A stretch of 64,000 nt of DNA from the human T2T-CHM13v2.0 reference genome, Homo sapiens. The notes under the pieces were generated by a model that worked only from the letters and a program-made list of their open reading frames with translations, had not been told where the DNA came from and made no database searches. Of the stretch, positions 30,151 through 46,892 are shown one piece after another (within the stretch, counting starts at the first letter, position 1; every line of letters starts with the position of its first letter). The stretch lies in assembly GCF_009914755.1 (NCBI RefSeq), contig NC_060945.1, one strand, 5' to 3'. The position numbers were made by a program, and so were the translations under genes.

Positions 30151-31267
30151 AATAATAATGGTAAGAATCAATTCTAGAACACAGATTGTAAAAAGGGACT
30201 ATTTTTTCAAAAAACTTTGATTCACAAAGAAAGTGAATCTTTTTCCTTTCCCACATATATAACAAAAAGTGGACAATACTGAAATAAATAAAAGTTTTGT
30301 TTAAAAGGCAAACATAAGAACCATTCATGTTTTTCATTTTTTTTGTAAATTGGAATGTTTAGATGGCAATGTTTATGCCTATTAAGGTGCAATTTGAAGG
30401 AGTATATCATGAGGCTATGTTGGAGAATTATGGGACTTCTTTAACGCAATGTTCCAAAGTGAACATCATTGCTATTTCTAGTTTCTATATCTTTGCTGTT
30501 GTGCTACATAGGCAAGGTTGTTAGCATATATTTTAATATTAATAAACTGCTTAGCTTACATTTGTAATGGGTACAGTGTGAAGCACTGTAGTTCAGAGCA
30601 CTTAAAATATCACTGATTGATTCACAAATGCTAGCAAATTTCTGTCTTGCATGTAGTATCCGTGTGTGTGTGTAAACAAATCAGATGCCATATTTTTATT
30701 ATTTTTCTTAAGTTTGGCTAAGAGTCTTCCCCCTTTTAAATATTATTCTCATATGAATTGCCTGAGACTTCTCTTAGAGGAAAAAAGTATCATGTTTGTT
30801 CACTGCGGAACATTCTGTTTTCACATTTTGAGCTTAAGAAAAAAAGTACTAAAAATAATTTGAAACTACACATTTGACAGGGGACTAATATTCAGAATTT
30901 ACAAGGAACTCAAACAGTTCAAAAATAAAAACAACAATGAAAACAACACCATTAAAAAGTGGGCAAAGGACCTGAGTAGACATTTTTCAAACAAAGATAT
31001 ACTTCTTAAAAAGACAAAACATAACAGATTTTGGAAGGGAACTCAAATAACTCAACAGTAAAATAACAAATAATCTACTTTTTTAAATGGGCAATTGTTC
31101 TGAATAGACAGTTCTCAAAAGAAGACATGTAAATGACCAACAAGTATATGAAAAAATGTTCAACATCATTAACCATCAGGGAAATGCAAATCAAAGCCAC
31201 AATGAGAGATCATCTCACACCAAATAGAATGGCTATTACCAAAAAGACAAAAAATAACACATGCTGG

Positions 31268-33548
31268 TGATATGGTTTGGCTGTGTTCCCACTCAAATCT
31301 CATCTTGAAATCCCACATGTTTTGAGAGGGACCTGGTGGGAGGTAATTGAATCATAGGGCAGGTCTTTCTCATGCTGTTCTCATGATAATGAATAAGACT
31401 CACGAGATCTAATGGTTTTGAAAAACAAGAATCTCCCTGCACAAACTCTCTCTTTGCCTGCTGCCATCCATGTAGGACATGATTTGCTCCTCCTCACCTT
31501 CCACTATGATTGTTAGGCTTCCCCAGCCACATGGAACTGTAAATTCAATTAAACCCCTATCCTTTGCAAATTGCCCAGTCTCAAGTATGTCTTTATTAGC
31601 AGCGTGAAAATGAACTAATACAGTAAATTGGTAGCAGCAGAGTGGGGCATTGCTGAAGAGATACCCAAAATGTAGAAGCAACTTTGGAACTGGGTGAGAG
31701 ACAGAGGTTGGAACAGTTTGAAGGGCTCAGAAGAAGACAGGAAAATATGTGAAAGTTTGGAACTTCCTAGAGACTTGAATGGCTTTGAGAAAAATGCTGA
31801 TAGTGATATGAACAATAATGTCTAGGCTGAGGTGGTCTCAGATGGAGATGAGGAAATTGTTGGGAACAGGAGCAAAGGTGACCCTTGTGATAATTTAGCA
31901 AAGAGACTGATGTCATTTTGCCGTGCCCTTGAGATTTGTGGAACTTTGAACTTGAGAGAGGTGATTTAGGGTATTTGGAAGAAATTTCTAAGTGGCAAAG
32001 CACTCAAGAGGCGATTTGGGTGCTGTTAAAGGTATTCCATTTTATAAGCGAAGGAGGGCATAAAAGTTTGGAAAATTCGCAGCCTGACAATGTGATAGAA
32101 AAGAAAATCCCATTTTCTGAGGAGAAATTCAAGCCAGCTGCATAAATTTGCATAAGTAACAAGGAGCTGAATGTTAATCCCCAAGACAACAGGGAAAATG
32201 TCTCCAGGTATGACAGAGGTCTTCATGGCAGCCCCTCCCATCACAGGCCCAGAGGCCTAGGAGGAAATAAAGGTTTTGTGGGCCAAGCCCAGGTTTCCTG
32301 TGCTGTGTGCAGTCTAGGGACTTGGTTCCATGAATCCCACCTTCTCCAGCTGTGAATAAAAGGGGACTAGGCAAAGCTAGGGCCATGGCTTCAGTGGGTA
32401 CAAGCCCCAGTCTTTGGCAGCTTTCATGTGGTGTTTAGCCTGAGGGTACATAGAAGTAAAGAATTGAGGTTTGGGAACCTCTGCCTAGATTTCAGTGTAT
32501 GTATGGAAATGCCTGGATGTCTAGCCAGAAGTTTGCTGAAGGGGAGGAACTCTCATGGAGAACCTCTGCTAGGGCAGTGCAGTAGGGTAATGTGGTGTCA
32601 GAGCCTCCACACAGAGTCCCTACTGGGGCACTGCTTAGTGGAGCTGTGAGAAGAGGGCCACCATCCTCCAGATCCCAGAATGTTAGATCCACTGACAGCT
32701 TGCACAGTGTACCTGGAAAAGCTGCAGACACTCAATGCCAGCCAATGAAGCCAACTGGGAGGGAAGATGTACCTTGCAGAGCCACAGGGGCAGAGCTTCC
32801 CAAGACCATGGGAACCCACTTCTTGCATCAGCGTGACCTGGATGTGAGACATGGAATCAAAGGAGATAATTTTGGAGCTTTAATACTTGACTGCCCCCTT
32901 GGATTTCAGACTTGCATGGGGCCTATAGCCCATTTATTTTGGCCAATTTCTCCCATTTGGCATATCTGTATTTACCTCATGCCTGTACCCCCATTAGCAT
33001 CTGGGAAGTAATTAACTTGCTTTTGATTTTACAGGCTTATAGGTGGAAGAGATTTGCCTTGTCTCAGGTGAGATTTTGGACTGTAGACTTTTGAGTTAAT
33101 GTTGAAATGAGTTAAGCCTTTAGGAAACCCTTGGGAAGGCATGATTGGTTTTGAAATTTGAGGACATGAGATTTGGGAGGGGCCTGGGGCAGAATCATAT
33201 GGTTTGGCTATGTCACACCCAAATCTCATCTTGAATCCCATGTGTTGTGGGAGAGATCAGGTGGGAGGTAAATGAATTATGGAGGCAGTTCATTCCCATG
33301 CTGTTCTTGTGATAATGAATAAGTCTCACAAGATTTGACAGTTTTGAAATACAGGAGTCTCCCTTCACATGCTCTCTCTTTGCCTGCTGCCATCCATATA
33401 AGATGTGACTTGCTCCTCCTTGCCTTCCACCACGATTGTGAGGCTTCCCCAGACACATGGAACTGTAAATCCAATTAAACTTCTTTGCTTTTTAAATTGC
33501 CCAGTCTCAGGTATATCTTCAGCAGCAGCATGAAAACCGACTAACACA
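31268..33548 (+). mobile_element. Complete THE1 (THE1B-like) MaLR element: 5' LTR 31268-31622, internal 31623-33194, 3' LTR 33195-33548
   Basis: Two direct ~355-bp LTRs around a ~1.57-kb THE1-int (starts GTAAATTGGTAGCAGCAGAGTGGGGC, purine-rich tract before the 3' LTR). Perfect TSD GCTGG (31263-31267, 33549-33553). Confidence 0.97.
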
Positions 33549-33834
33549 GCTGGCAAGGATGTAGAGAAAAGGGAACCCTTATATACTTGTTGATGGAAAT
33601 GTAAATTGGTACAACTACCAATAGTATGAAAATTAGTATGGAGATGCCTCAAAAAGCTAAAAATAGAACTACTACATGATCTAACAATCCCACTACTGGG
33701 TATATATCCAAATGAATGGAAATCAATATGTTGAGGAGATATCTGCCCTGTCACATTAATTACAGCAATATTCACAGTAACAGATACATGGAATCAACCT
33801 AAGTGCCTGTCAACAAATGAATAGATAAATAAAC

Positions 33835-33865
<31 letters not shown>
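33835..33865. repeat. (TG)n microsatellite
   Basis: Direct read. Confidence 0.9.
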
Positions 33866-34979
33866 ATGAATACTATTCAAGTCTAAAAAATAAATCATGT
33901 TTTTTGCAGCAACATGAATATAGCTGGAGTTTATCATATTAAGTGAAACTCAGAAACAGAAAAACAAATACTACATGTTCTCACTTATAAATGAGAGCTA
34001 AACAATATGTTTACATGGACATAGAGTCTGGAATAATAGACAATGGAGACTCAAAAGGGTGGAAGTGTGAGAGGGAAGTGGATAATAATAAATTACTTAA
34101 TGGGTACAATGTTTATTATAGATATACTGAAAGCCCAGATTTTGCCACTATCAAACATATAAATGTCACAACATTACAGTTGTACTCCTTGACTTTATAG
34201 AAATAATAATAAAAAAAACCTGAGGTAATGGTGCATTTGAATCGGAAAGTTTACTGCAGTCAGTATAATTTCCAAAGATGAAAAGGTTAATGGAGTGTGT
34301 TTCTTTATTGTAGTGCAGTAGTTCTGTTCTTTTTTTTTTAATTGAAACACCTATAATCTTTCTCTATTTTGACCTACAAAAGTACATTTAAAAGAAAAAT
34401 GTAATCATTTCATTATAAATATCATTATAAATCTGTTAGAATATACAAATCACAAATCTTAGAATATATAATGATAAGTTTCTGTCTCATAATGTAAACA
34501 TAATATAATGTTCAATATTGTTCTTATTTTCTAAGTGAAACATTGTCATGACTTCAATCTAAATATATTTAATGAGAGACCACAAACAATGTATTTTGAC
34601 AAGTGGTACTTAGTCTATTCCATTATAGCCATGAACATAAAGGGAAGAATTTTAAATCTAGCTTCCCTCTAGATTGAGTTGGAAAAGTGATTCCAAATCA
34701 TGTCAATGGCCATTTATTAACCCAAATGCATGTTAAAAAATCATATGACCAGAAAACGGAGTGTTAATATTTGCAAACTGAATCTTGCCAGGGCAGTTTA
34801 TAAAAAGCTTATTCTATTCTGCCTAATGTAGCTATTAGTAATGTAGAACTGAAAAAGAAACTAGAGGAAATATCAAAATATCAACTTCTTATGTACATCG
34901 TTTAAGAGTTAAATACTACTTTATGATTTCAACATTTTAAAGCCATTTGTAATTTTCTAATTGAAAAAGTAATATAACT

Positions 34980-35110
34980 TCATTATTTATATTTTTTATT
35001 CGACAAAATTTACTATATACCTTCTGCGTACCAGGTACTGTCATAGGCCCTTAATATGTCATGAACATAAATATTCATTTTCCTGAAAATTTCTTAACTT
35101 ACATTTGTTA
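34980..35110 (-). mobile_element. L2 3' end
   Basis: TATTCGACAAAATTTACT...ACCTTCTGCGTACCAGGTACTGTCATAGG. Confidence 0.6.
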
Positions 35111-35482
35111 TACTCTACTAAGTGAAATAGAGAATAAACATAATAAACAAATAAAATATATAACAGACTAGGTAGTGGTAATTTTAACTCAGTTTAATCA
35201 ATTCAGTTGGATCCACAAACAATTTTTTGGCATTCTTGTCAGGAAGCACATTTACTATGCAGAGAAAAAATACAGTCTTCAAACAATTTTAAATATTTTT
35301 ATTTGATCTTATGGGACAAAAAGCATGGCAATCCTAAGATTTTGCATTACCTTCTCCAATGCAAAAAAAAAAAACCCACTCTTTTTATGATAAAGTATAA
35401 AATAAATAAAATATAATTCAATTATTTTGCTGGACTTAATATTTAATATGAGAAAATGCACTGTGTGCAATGTTGAAATAAG

Positions 35483-35496
35483 GTTACCATGGCAAC
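35483..35496. promoter_or_regulatory. RFX X-box motif GTTACCATGGCAAC
   Basis: Exact match to the RFX consensus GTTRCCATGGYAAC in apparently unique DNA. Occupancy is not shown by sequence alone. Confidence 0.5.
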
Positions 35497-36429
35497 CATG
35501 TGCTTTGTGAAATACAAAAATTATTTCTGTTGTAAAATTCCATAAAACATAGACCTTAATTCGAGGCTTCCCAAGAATTTCTATGTTGTGCAACTTCTTA
35601 TTATTAAATTTATTTTTTATTATAATGACTATATACATTAAATTAGTGCCATCTCTTCAGCGTTTACAGCATTCATAGCATATTTATTCTCTAACGAAGA
35701 GGCCAAGGCACCAGAAGAAGTAAACACATTAGAAACAATAAGTTATAAAAAAAAAGAAATTGTTCTTTATACGGGAATTGCTTTTATAATAATTTTTTCT
35801 ATATATTTTTAGATTTTTTTCTAGCGCATCCATAGACAATAATAAAAAAAAATTAGTCATCTCAAACAACATGCCTAATATTAACTGAAGTAATAATATA
35901 ATTCACTTTTTAAAAATTTAATGGAGGTAAGTAATATAGCTGTGATGTAAGTCACATGAATTTATTTTACAAAGTTTTATAATCTCACAGAGGTGACTGG
36001 CGCTTGTTAATAATTTGTAAAAATGAACTTTTAAAGTTCTTATGACAGTACTTAATGTTTTTCTCCTTAAACTATGGAAAGACTGTCCTATTTAATAAAA
36101 TAATCCAAATCTGAAGACGTCCATATATTTCCAAAACATACTTTCTTGAAAACCTCCATTACATTTCTTATAATGTGACAATTTTCTTGAAAAGGGGTGT
36201 GTTCTCTCCTTTTTATGATTCTAACTACTTAAGTGGAATAGTTTTCAGAATTTTCTTCCCATTGTTAATAACTGTATATATATAATTTTGAATACAAGAT
36301 CAGTTTCTCTCACTACTTTGACCACAGTGGTGACTAGAAAATAATGTAAATAGATCATTATTCTAATTTGGCAAGAGTATGCTTAACATATTCCTAGATA
36401 ATTTCATGCATATTTTATTAGTAAAGTAA

Positions 36430-36762
<333 letters not shown>

Positions 36763-37689
36763 CCAAATTTTTAACATAAGCAGTTTTAGCTTTATGGATT
36801 TCAGAAGTGGTTGTTAGATACAAAAAGTGATTAGTACAGCATGACTATAATTTTATTATTATTATTATTATTATTTTGAACACAATAGCTCTAAAATTCT
36901 CCAAATTTTTAAAGCATATCTTGTTGCTTAAGGGTACATGACATGGACTATATTCCTAGATGCATTTAGGGCATTTATACTCAATTTTCAGGGCAACGAA
37001 TACCCTCTCCTTAAACGCTTTCTGGAATCCTCTGTCCCAAAAAAATGAATAGTCAACTTTTAAAAGAAGTAACAATTTATTTTATAAATTGAGACTTCCT
37101 GTGAGTCAAGTTATTTTGAAATAAAATCTTAAAATTAGAATTTAAGTGCACAGTCTTAAAAATACTAATGTACAGTTTTTAAAAGCTCTCTTATGAAACT
37201 TTTCTGTGAAGTTAAAAGAAAATATTTTCTGTGGCATCAAAAGGTATTAGAAGCCGTTTGATTTCTTTTGTATTTTCATTTATTTTGTGCTTATATTTTT
37301 GTTCTGCTTTTAATGTACCATGATAATCTAACATACAAAATACTCATATCCTTAGAGAGAATTCAATAGTAATAACTGTGTATTTTACTAAAATTTAAAA
37401 AAACATACAGGCCAACAAGAGCCTAATCTGATCATGTTATTTTATGGAGAATTCATAAAGGTGACACTTTGAGAGGTGTACTTTTCTGAAATGACAGGTA
37501 TTGTTATCCTCCAAAGTGGTTCACGAATGTAATCAAGGATTCAGTTACTTAAGAAGCCTTTTAGAATTTACTAAAATAACAGAAACCTGCGTTATACCTC
37601 TAAATTCATGGAAAGTTTCTTTTTATTTATCCTAGTTTTCTTGTTTTTATTCTAAGTTTATAGCTATAATTTTTCTAAATGTCACACTG

Positions 37690-37835
37690 ACATTATCTGT
37701 CTCTCTCTAGAAGAAACCCCAGGCTCCATGAAAAAGTGCTCTGTCGATTTCTCTCATCATTGTACTCCGATGACTAACGCAATGCCAGGCAAATCAGAAT
37801 AAGCAATAAATATTGTTGGGTGAATGGTTGAGTGT
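37690..37835 (+). mobile_element. L2 3' end
   Basis: CAGGCTCCATGA...CAATGCCAGGC...CAATAAATATTGTTGGGTGAATG. Confidence 0.6.
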
Positions 37836-39085
37836 TCTCATTACCGCAAACAAATTAAGTTGATTTTTCACAGAATTCTTCAGGTATGGAAATCATTCTA
37901 TTTTAAGGTCAGAAACCAAGCAGAAAAACAAAATCTAATAAAATCTTAGTTATATTTCTTATTAAGGTATAAAACTCAGAAATGTGTTTTCAATTCTACA
38001 CGGTTACCTCATTTTAGAATTTATTGTGATTCAAAATTTTAGCATTTGCACATTTGTACAATATTGCCTCCTGCATAATCACTGTAAATGCATTTAATTA
38101 CATTCAAATCACAACATTAAAAAGTATCATAAGTGTATGGTAGTATGTTAGAGAAAAAACATAATGAACTGACTGGAAATTGTTAGGAACAATGTAGATT
38201 ACATTTTAATTAATCTACTATTAAAATTTGTTTTCTCTCACCATGTGTTGTGAAACACTGCTATGTATTTACTTCATATTGGAATCACAATTTGCTCATG
38301 ATTTCAAATCTATTATTACATGTGTTACATGAGAATATTTAAACAGTGCAATCTACCTTAATTATTTATTGTCCTATATGCATATTGCAGAAGATCTGAA
38401 AATAATTCATTTTTTACATATGTAAAACAATCTCTAAGTTAGATAAACAGCATAGCCATCCTGGGTAGCTTGAGGAGTGATAAAAATAAAACAATCACCT
38501 ACTATCAGCAACAATAAAAGCCTATTTGTTCTTAAAGTAAATTCCAGTTTAGATAAAATAACTTAAGGTGCAGTGTCACATGGGCTATGAACAATCTTGC
38601 TTTTGAAATTACTGCTCTTTTATAAAACTGAATCTATATGCAAGTGAGGACTGTTATAACAGCTTAAGTAATGGGCTCATTTAGTGATGAAATGTTTCTA
38701 TAGTTCAAATATTTAGTATTTTACACAGCATCTGTTTTGTCACATAAATGTTCTCCAGTCATTAACGTACGTACTGGACATAAATCTTTTTTTCTGGGGA
38801 TTATATTACTTGATTGTTATTAAGGTCTTCAGTTAATATGTGCCCTGTGAATTTGTTAATATTATCCCAAGCCATAGAGCAAGTCAGCCAAGCCAAATCC
38901 TAAGCAGGATACTAAACCCTTCTCACGTTTAACCCCCATTTTCAGTCATATTCCTATTTAATATTCAATATTCATTCTAGTACACTCATTATATGTCACA
39001 AATTACTCCACGTCTCTCCATATCAACTGTGACTGTCTTTGTTAAATTTCTCATTGTTTAAACTAGATCATTCAATAATCTGATA

Positions 39086-41642
<2,557 letters not shown>

Positions 41643-41865
41643 TAATTGATTCTTCAGCCTGAAGTTTGTCCTAATTCCATTCTATACTCCTCCATGCTTT
41701 CAAATTTACGTACACATACTGAAGTGCACAATTATGATCTGAAGAGAAGAAGGACATTTAAAATCATCATCACAACAATAAGAGTTGACAACCTGGCAAG
41801 ACTGAGATCACTGAAATCAACGAGTTGATTGCAAAGAGGATCAAGCCAATTATAAAGCAAGTTTA

Positions 41866-42252
<387 letters not shown>

Positions 42253-43559
42253 GAAAAATAATTCAATTTCCCAGGAAACGACATGGATTTTTTTAAGAAA
42301 GCAGAAGTCAGTACAGCTATTGTCATACTTTAATTTTACCACTTGCTAGCAAGTATTATCTCAGGTGAGTTAATTGCCTTATTTATTTAGCAAATATAAT
42401 TGAATTTCTACTATTTATCCGAGTCCAGGCCCTGGTCTAAGATCTGGAGATTCAAAGATAGATTTCTTTAGTTTGGAGTATTTTTCTCACTTAAAATGTT
42501 TAGTGTGATTATTTCAATTAATGAAATATCAAATACTATATACTTCCCTCAAATATAGTGAGGTCAAGTCATATATGTGTAAACATCTATATCTATCTAT
42601 CTATCTATACACACATGTATATATGAATTTTTAAAATTTTCATTATACGAAAGTTGTTTTCTCTTTTTGTGTTGTTCTTTCTCTCATGTGGCCAGACTAT
42701 AAGGTTGAATGAGGCAATGAAAACCTGTGTGCTTGAAGGATAATGGTAAGAAATCACTGTTCTTATCCCTGGCTTTTGAGGGATATGTTGGTATGTTTAA
42801 TATCCCACGAGATTGAACTGGCATAATCAACTTTAATTATCAACTCTTTGTCAGGTATCCCAATTCTTGTAAAAGGCATCAGTACCTAAGAAAACCAGAG
42901 GGAAAGACACGTGGAAACAAAAATACCCTGCACAGCTCTAATCTTGCTTCCCAGGTCAAAGTGTGGAGGGGGAGAATGATTAAAGTGCCTAGGAATCTTT
43001 TAAATATCAGTTTGTTTACCCAAATTAGAAAAATGATAAATAGGTTATTGAGACTAGCGTCTTGATCTGAAAATAAACACACGTCTTTTTGGAATATACC
43101 TTTTTCTACAGATTAGTTAACTGTTCAATCCGAGGTTACAGATTTTGTGAACATGAAGTATGGTGAAAGAAAAGAAACAAACCAGAGCTTCAATCTAATT
43201 AGTTATGGTTAAAATGTATGCAAATTTGATTTTACTTTTGTTTAGGTGTTTTCTTTCAGTTCTCTGTAATGAGTGATACAAACCTAAAAGTAATCTTTTC
43301 AATCTCCCATAGTGCCTCAAGCCTTCCCAATCAGCGGATGATCTTGTCTTCCATGTCAGATATTGTTGCAAACTTCTTAAAAAACTTTGGGATCACATGG
43401 GCCTGAATTAAAACTCCCATCTTCGGCTTTGTAATATAAGATCTAGGGCAAGTTATTTAAACCATGTGTAGCTTAATGTCCTTGTTCTCTTAACCCAAGA
43501 ATAGAAAGTTCTAAAAATTATTATTTGTTTTTCCATTTCTATATCTATATATATCTTTA

Positions 43560-44340
43560 CCTTTTCTTTTAATTATAGAAAGTGGGGAAAGGAACTATAT
43601 TTATTCTCTCTTAAGACCTCCCTTTGTGCTCTTGATTTCTTCCCTTGCTGCTTTCTAAGAAATGTTGTTTTCTATTATATTTTTGTTTTCTTTTTAAAGA
43701 TTTCTTCATTCTCTCTTGCCATTTGAAACTACTTCTTAGTCTACAATATGGTCAGGCATCCTTCCTTATTTTCTATTGATTTATCACCTCACTATACTAT
43801 AGCCAATCTCTTTATTGCAAAAATGATAAAATATTAATATAGTCCTACCATCTCTATATTCTCACTTGTTAGTGTACTTTATCGTAAATTCTGCCTAATA
43901 CATCTTTTCTAGAAACTGTCTTGCTCAGTTCACCAATGGAAACTTAATATCAAAACATAATGATTTTTTATTTTTCTTTATTTACATTTACCACTGATTA
44001 TAAGTTAAGCATCTTGTTCTTAAAATTTTCTTCTTCTGTGTCCAAGACTTTGATTAGTTCTGGACTTATATTTTACATTTTCTAAATTAATTTACCCCGG
44101 TGTCAATACGTTTTATAGTCCAAATGCATCAGCATATTAGTTTCTCTAAATTCTAATCTTCTTCAGTTTAACTATTTCAAGCATTTTTTCTCGCATAGAA
44201 TCTGACTTCATGGTTTTAAATATTATCAGGAAGACTGTTACATAAATATCTCAGTTTAACTCTTTTCTCCGTATTAGATGATCTACTTATCTATTGATAA
44301 TTTTTTTCCGTGATCCATAGGTGCTTTAAATTTACCTTTG
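43560..44340 (+). mobile_element. Ancient L2 relic
   Basis: Pyrimidine-rich L2-like tracts (GAAACTGTCTTGCTCAGTTCACCAATG; CTTCATGGTTTTAAATATTATC). Highly diverged. Confidence 0.45.
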
Positions 44341-44399
44341 GAGTTTCTATCGGAAATATCGATATGAAATAGCTGTTATGATAGTAACATAGATATGTC

Positions 44400-46892
44400 T
44401 GTGGTAGAATAGCTGTCCCCAGAGATGTCTGTATACTAATTCACAAAAGCTATGAATATGTGGCCTCATGTGGAAAATAAGTTGTATACAGGTGTGATTA
44501 AGTTAAGGGAAATTATCCTGAATTATACCAGCAGGCCCTGCAACCACAAGCATCCTTAAGAAGTGAAGGCAGGAGTGTCAGAGTCAGACGAGATCTGATG
44601 ATGAAAGCAGAGGTCAGATTAAGGCCAGGAAGGACTAACATGGCAAGAAATGCAGATGATATATAGACGCTGCAAAAGGCAAAAATTTCACAAAGGCAAA
44701 ATGATGATATATAGAAGCTGCAAAAAGCAAACATTTTGCAAAGGCAAAAATTTCCAGAAGAAACACAGCATACGCGACGCCTTGATTTTAGAACTGCTGA
44801 TCCCTGAAACACTGAGATAATGAATTTCTATTGTTTCAAGTCACTGCATTTATGATAATTAGCAATAAGAAACTGGTTTTGATACTGAAAGTGGTATGCT
44901 GATATAATAAATGTATACTTAGCATATGATTTGCATTTCATAATAAATATAACAAAAATGTGGATGTAATTGTGGACTTGGGCAGTGGGCAGAGGCTGGA
45001 AAATCTTGAGAAACATGACGGTAAAAGCCTAGATTGCCTTAAACAGATTATTTGTAGAAATGGTTCACAAATCTGCTGGAGTGCTCAATGTGAGAAGCAT
45101 AGTAAAGATAAATACATAAGTAAATAAATAAGGGGGTGTGTGTGTGTGTGTGTAGATTATAAACTGACTGTAGAAATATGAACATAAAAGTAACCACTGG
45201 TGAGGGCTAGAGGAAATGGTGATCATGGTATTGGAAATTGGATGAAAGGAAATCTTTGCTATACAGTTGCAGAAACTTTGGAGAATTGGGCCTTACAGCT
45301 ATGCAGAAAGCAGAAATTTTTCACAGTGAACTTGTATATTTAGCTAAAGAGATTTCCAAGCAAAGTGCTGAATGTGTAGACTGGTTTATTCTTGCTGCTT
45401 CTGTGAGAATGTGAAAGGACAGAGGTCGTTTGAGGAAAGAACTGAAAAGAAAACAAGAAACAGAGGCTTGATAATTTGGGTAATTTTCACATTGCAAAAG
45501 ACACTGCCATTAGAAAACTCACTGTTAAGAAAGTTGGCTGTGAAGAGAAGGCCAGGGTGTGGCTCTACAACCTTTTGCTAATGTGTAGAAAGAATCAAAA
45601 GGCCAGAATATTCCATCACACAGAGGGTTTTCTGAAGAAATTAGACATGTGACTTACAGATCCCTCAGCCACTAAGCAGAGCCAAGAACAGAGATGATCT
45701 TATGCAGAAATATCTATAGTGAAGCCTATTGTCCAGTGGAATGAATCCCCAAAACACTTATTGGAAAAACACATGAATCTTAAGGCTGTTGCATTAGCAG
45801 AAACATTGCCAGCTGAAGCTAAAAGGAACAGAGAGAAGAAACAATGAAAGAAGGCTGTTGAACTCTCAAAGTTCTGTAGACAGGAAATAGGTAGGTAAAA
45901 TTATTTAACTGTGAACACATACTATCCTTCATTAAAAAGGAAGGATGACTCGCAGGACGGAGCAACAGACCCAAAAGCTCAGAGAAATAGCTGAGACTTA
46001 AAGAGGATTATTTGTAGACCATGGAACCTAATGAAGTTTTCCCTGCTGGATTTTGAAATTGCATAAGAACTATGATTCCTTTTTTTCCCCTCTATTTTCT
46101 TCTTTTTTGAAAAGAGAATGTCTATAAGTGTATCCTGTGCTAGCCCAAGCATTGGATTTTGGAAGACAACTTGCTTTCTAATTTTATAGATCCACAAGAA
46201 AAGAGAAATTTTGTTCCAAAATGGATCATATCCAACGCCTCACATATTTCATATTTAGATAATTTACATGATGAAATTTGAAACTTTTGAGTGGGTGAGA
46301 TCTAGATGAAATTTTGCACCTTTAGTTGATGTTGTAATAGGTTGAGACTTTTGAATATGTTTGGATAGGTAAATATAGTTTGCATGTGGAATGAATGTGA
46401 ATATTTGGAGGTCAGAAGGCTATGTGTGAAAAAAAAGTGCCCCTTGTCCCCCAAAAGATCTCCCTGTTGTAACCCTTGACATTTTTTAATACATTAACTT
46501 ACATGGCAAAATGGACTTTGCAGATATGAATAAGAAAGTATCTTGAGATGGGAAGATTATCCTGGATTATCTGGGTGTGCATGGTATAATAGAAAACCTA
46601 GTGTAAACCAAAGAGGGTGGCAGAAAATGACAGTCAATAGGAGATGCGAAGATGGAAGCAGAGATCAGAATGATGAAAGAAAAAATACAGGAGACTAGGA
46701 ATGCAAGTGACTTTTAAAATCTAGAAAAAGCAAGTACACTAATTCTTCCCTACATATTGTAGAAGGAATAAAACTTTGCTTACTCATTTTAAACTTCTGA
46801 CCTTCAGAACTGTAAGATGATAAATATTAATATGTTTAGTTTCACTATAAAGAGTTTATAATTTACTATAGCTGCAATAGGACACTAATACA
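44400..46892 (+). mobile_element. MLT1D-type MaLR two-LTR element: 5' LTR ~44400-44876, internal ~44877-46420, 3' LTR ~46421-46892
   Basis: Both ends carry MLT1D motifs (GATTATCCTGGATTAT, GAAGCAGAGGTCAGA, ...CAATAGGACACTAATACA). The internal part starts GTTTTGATACTGAAAGTGG and includes MaLR-int TGGACTTGGGCAGTGGGCAGAGGCTGGAA. Confidence 0.8.

Larger units (their letters stand above)
30873..34218 (+). mobile_element. L1PB-type 3' portion split by a THE1 provirus
   Basis: L1 ORF2 C-terminal sequence reads through ATGCTGG|CAAGGATGTAGAGAAAAGGG. 3'UTR GGACATAGAGTCTGGAATAATAGACA, with A tail at 34201-34218. Confidence 0.88.

Noticed and set aside
31767-33458. Dense overlapping ORFs, including a 139-aa ORF at 32592
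   Set aside because: They lie inside THE1-int and its LTRs, so they are fragments of the decayed MaLR ORF or antisense noise.
29672-33548. Neighbouring THE1 provirus as the parent of the THE1 retrocopy
   Set aside because: The retrocopy lacks variants shared by both LTRs of the local element.
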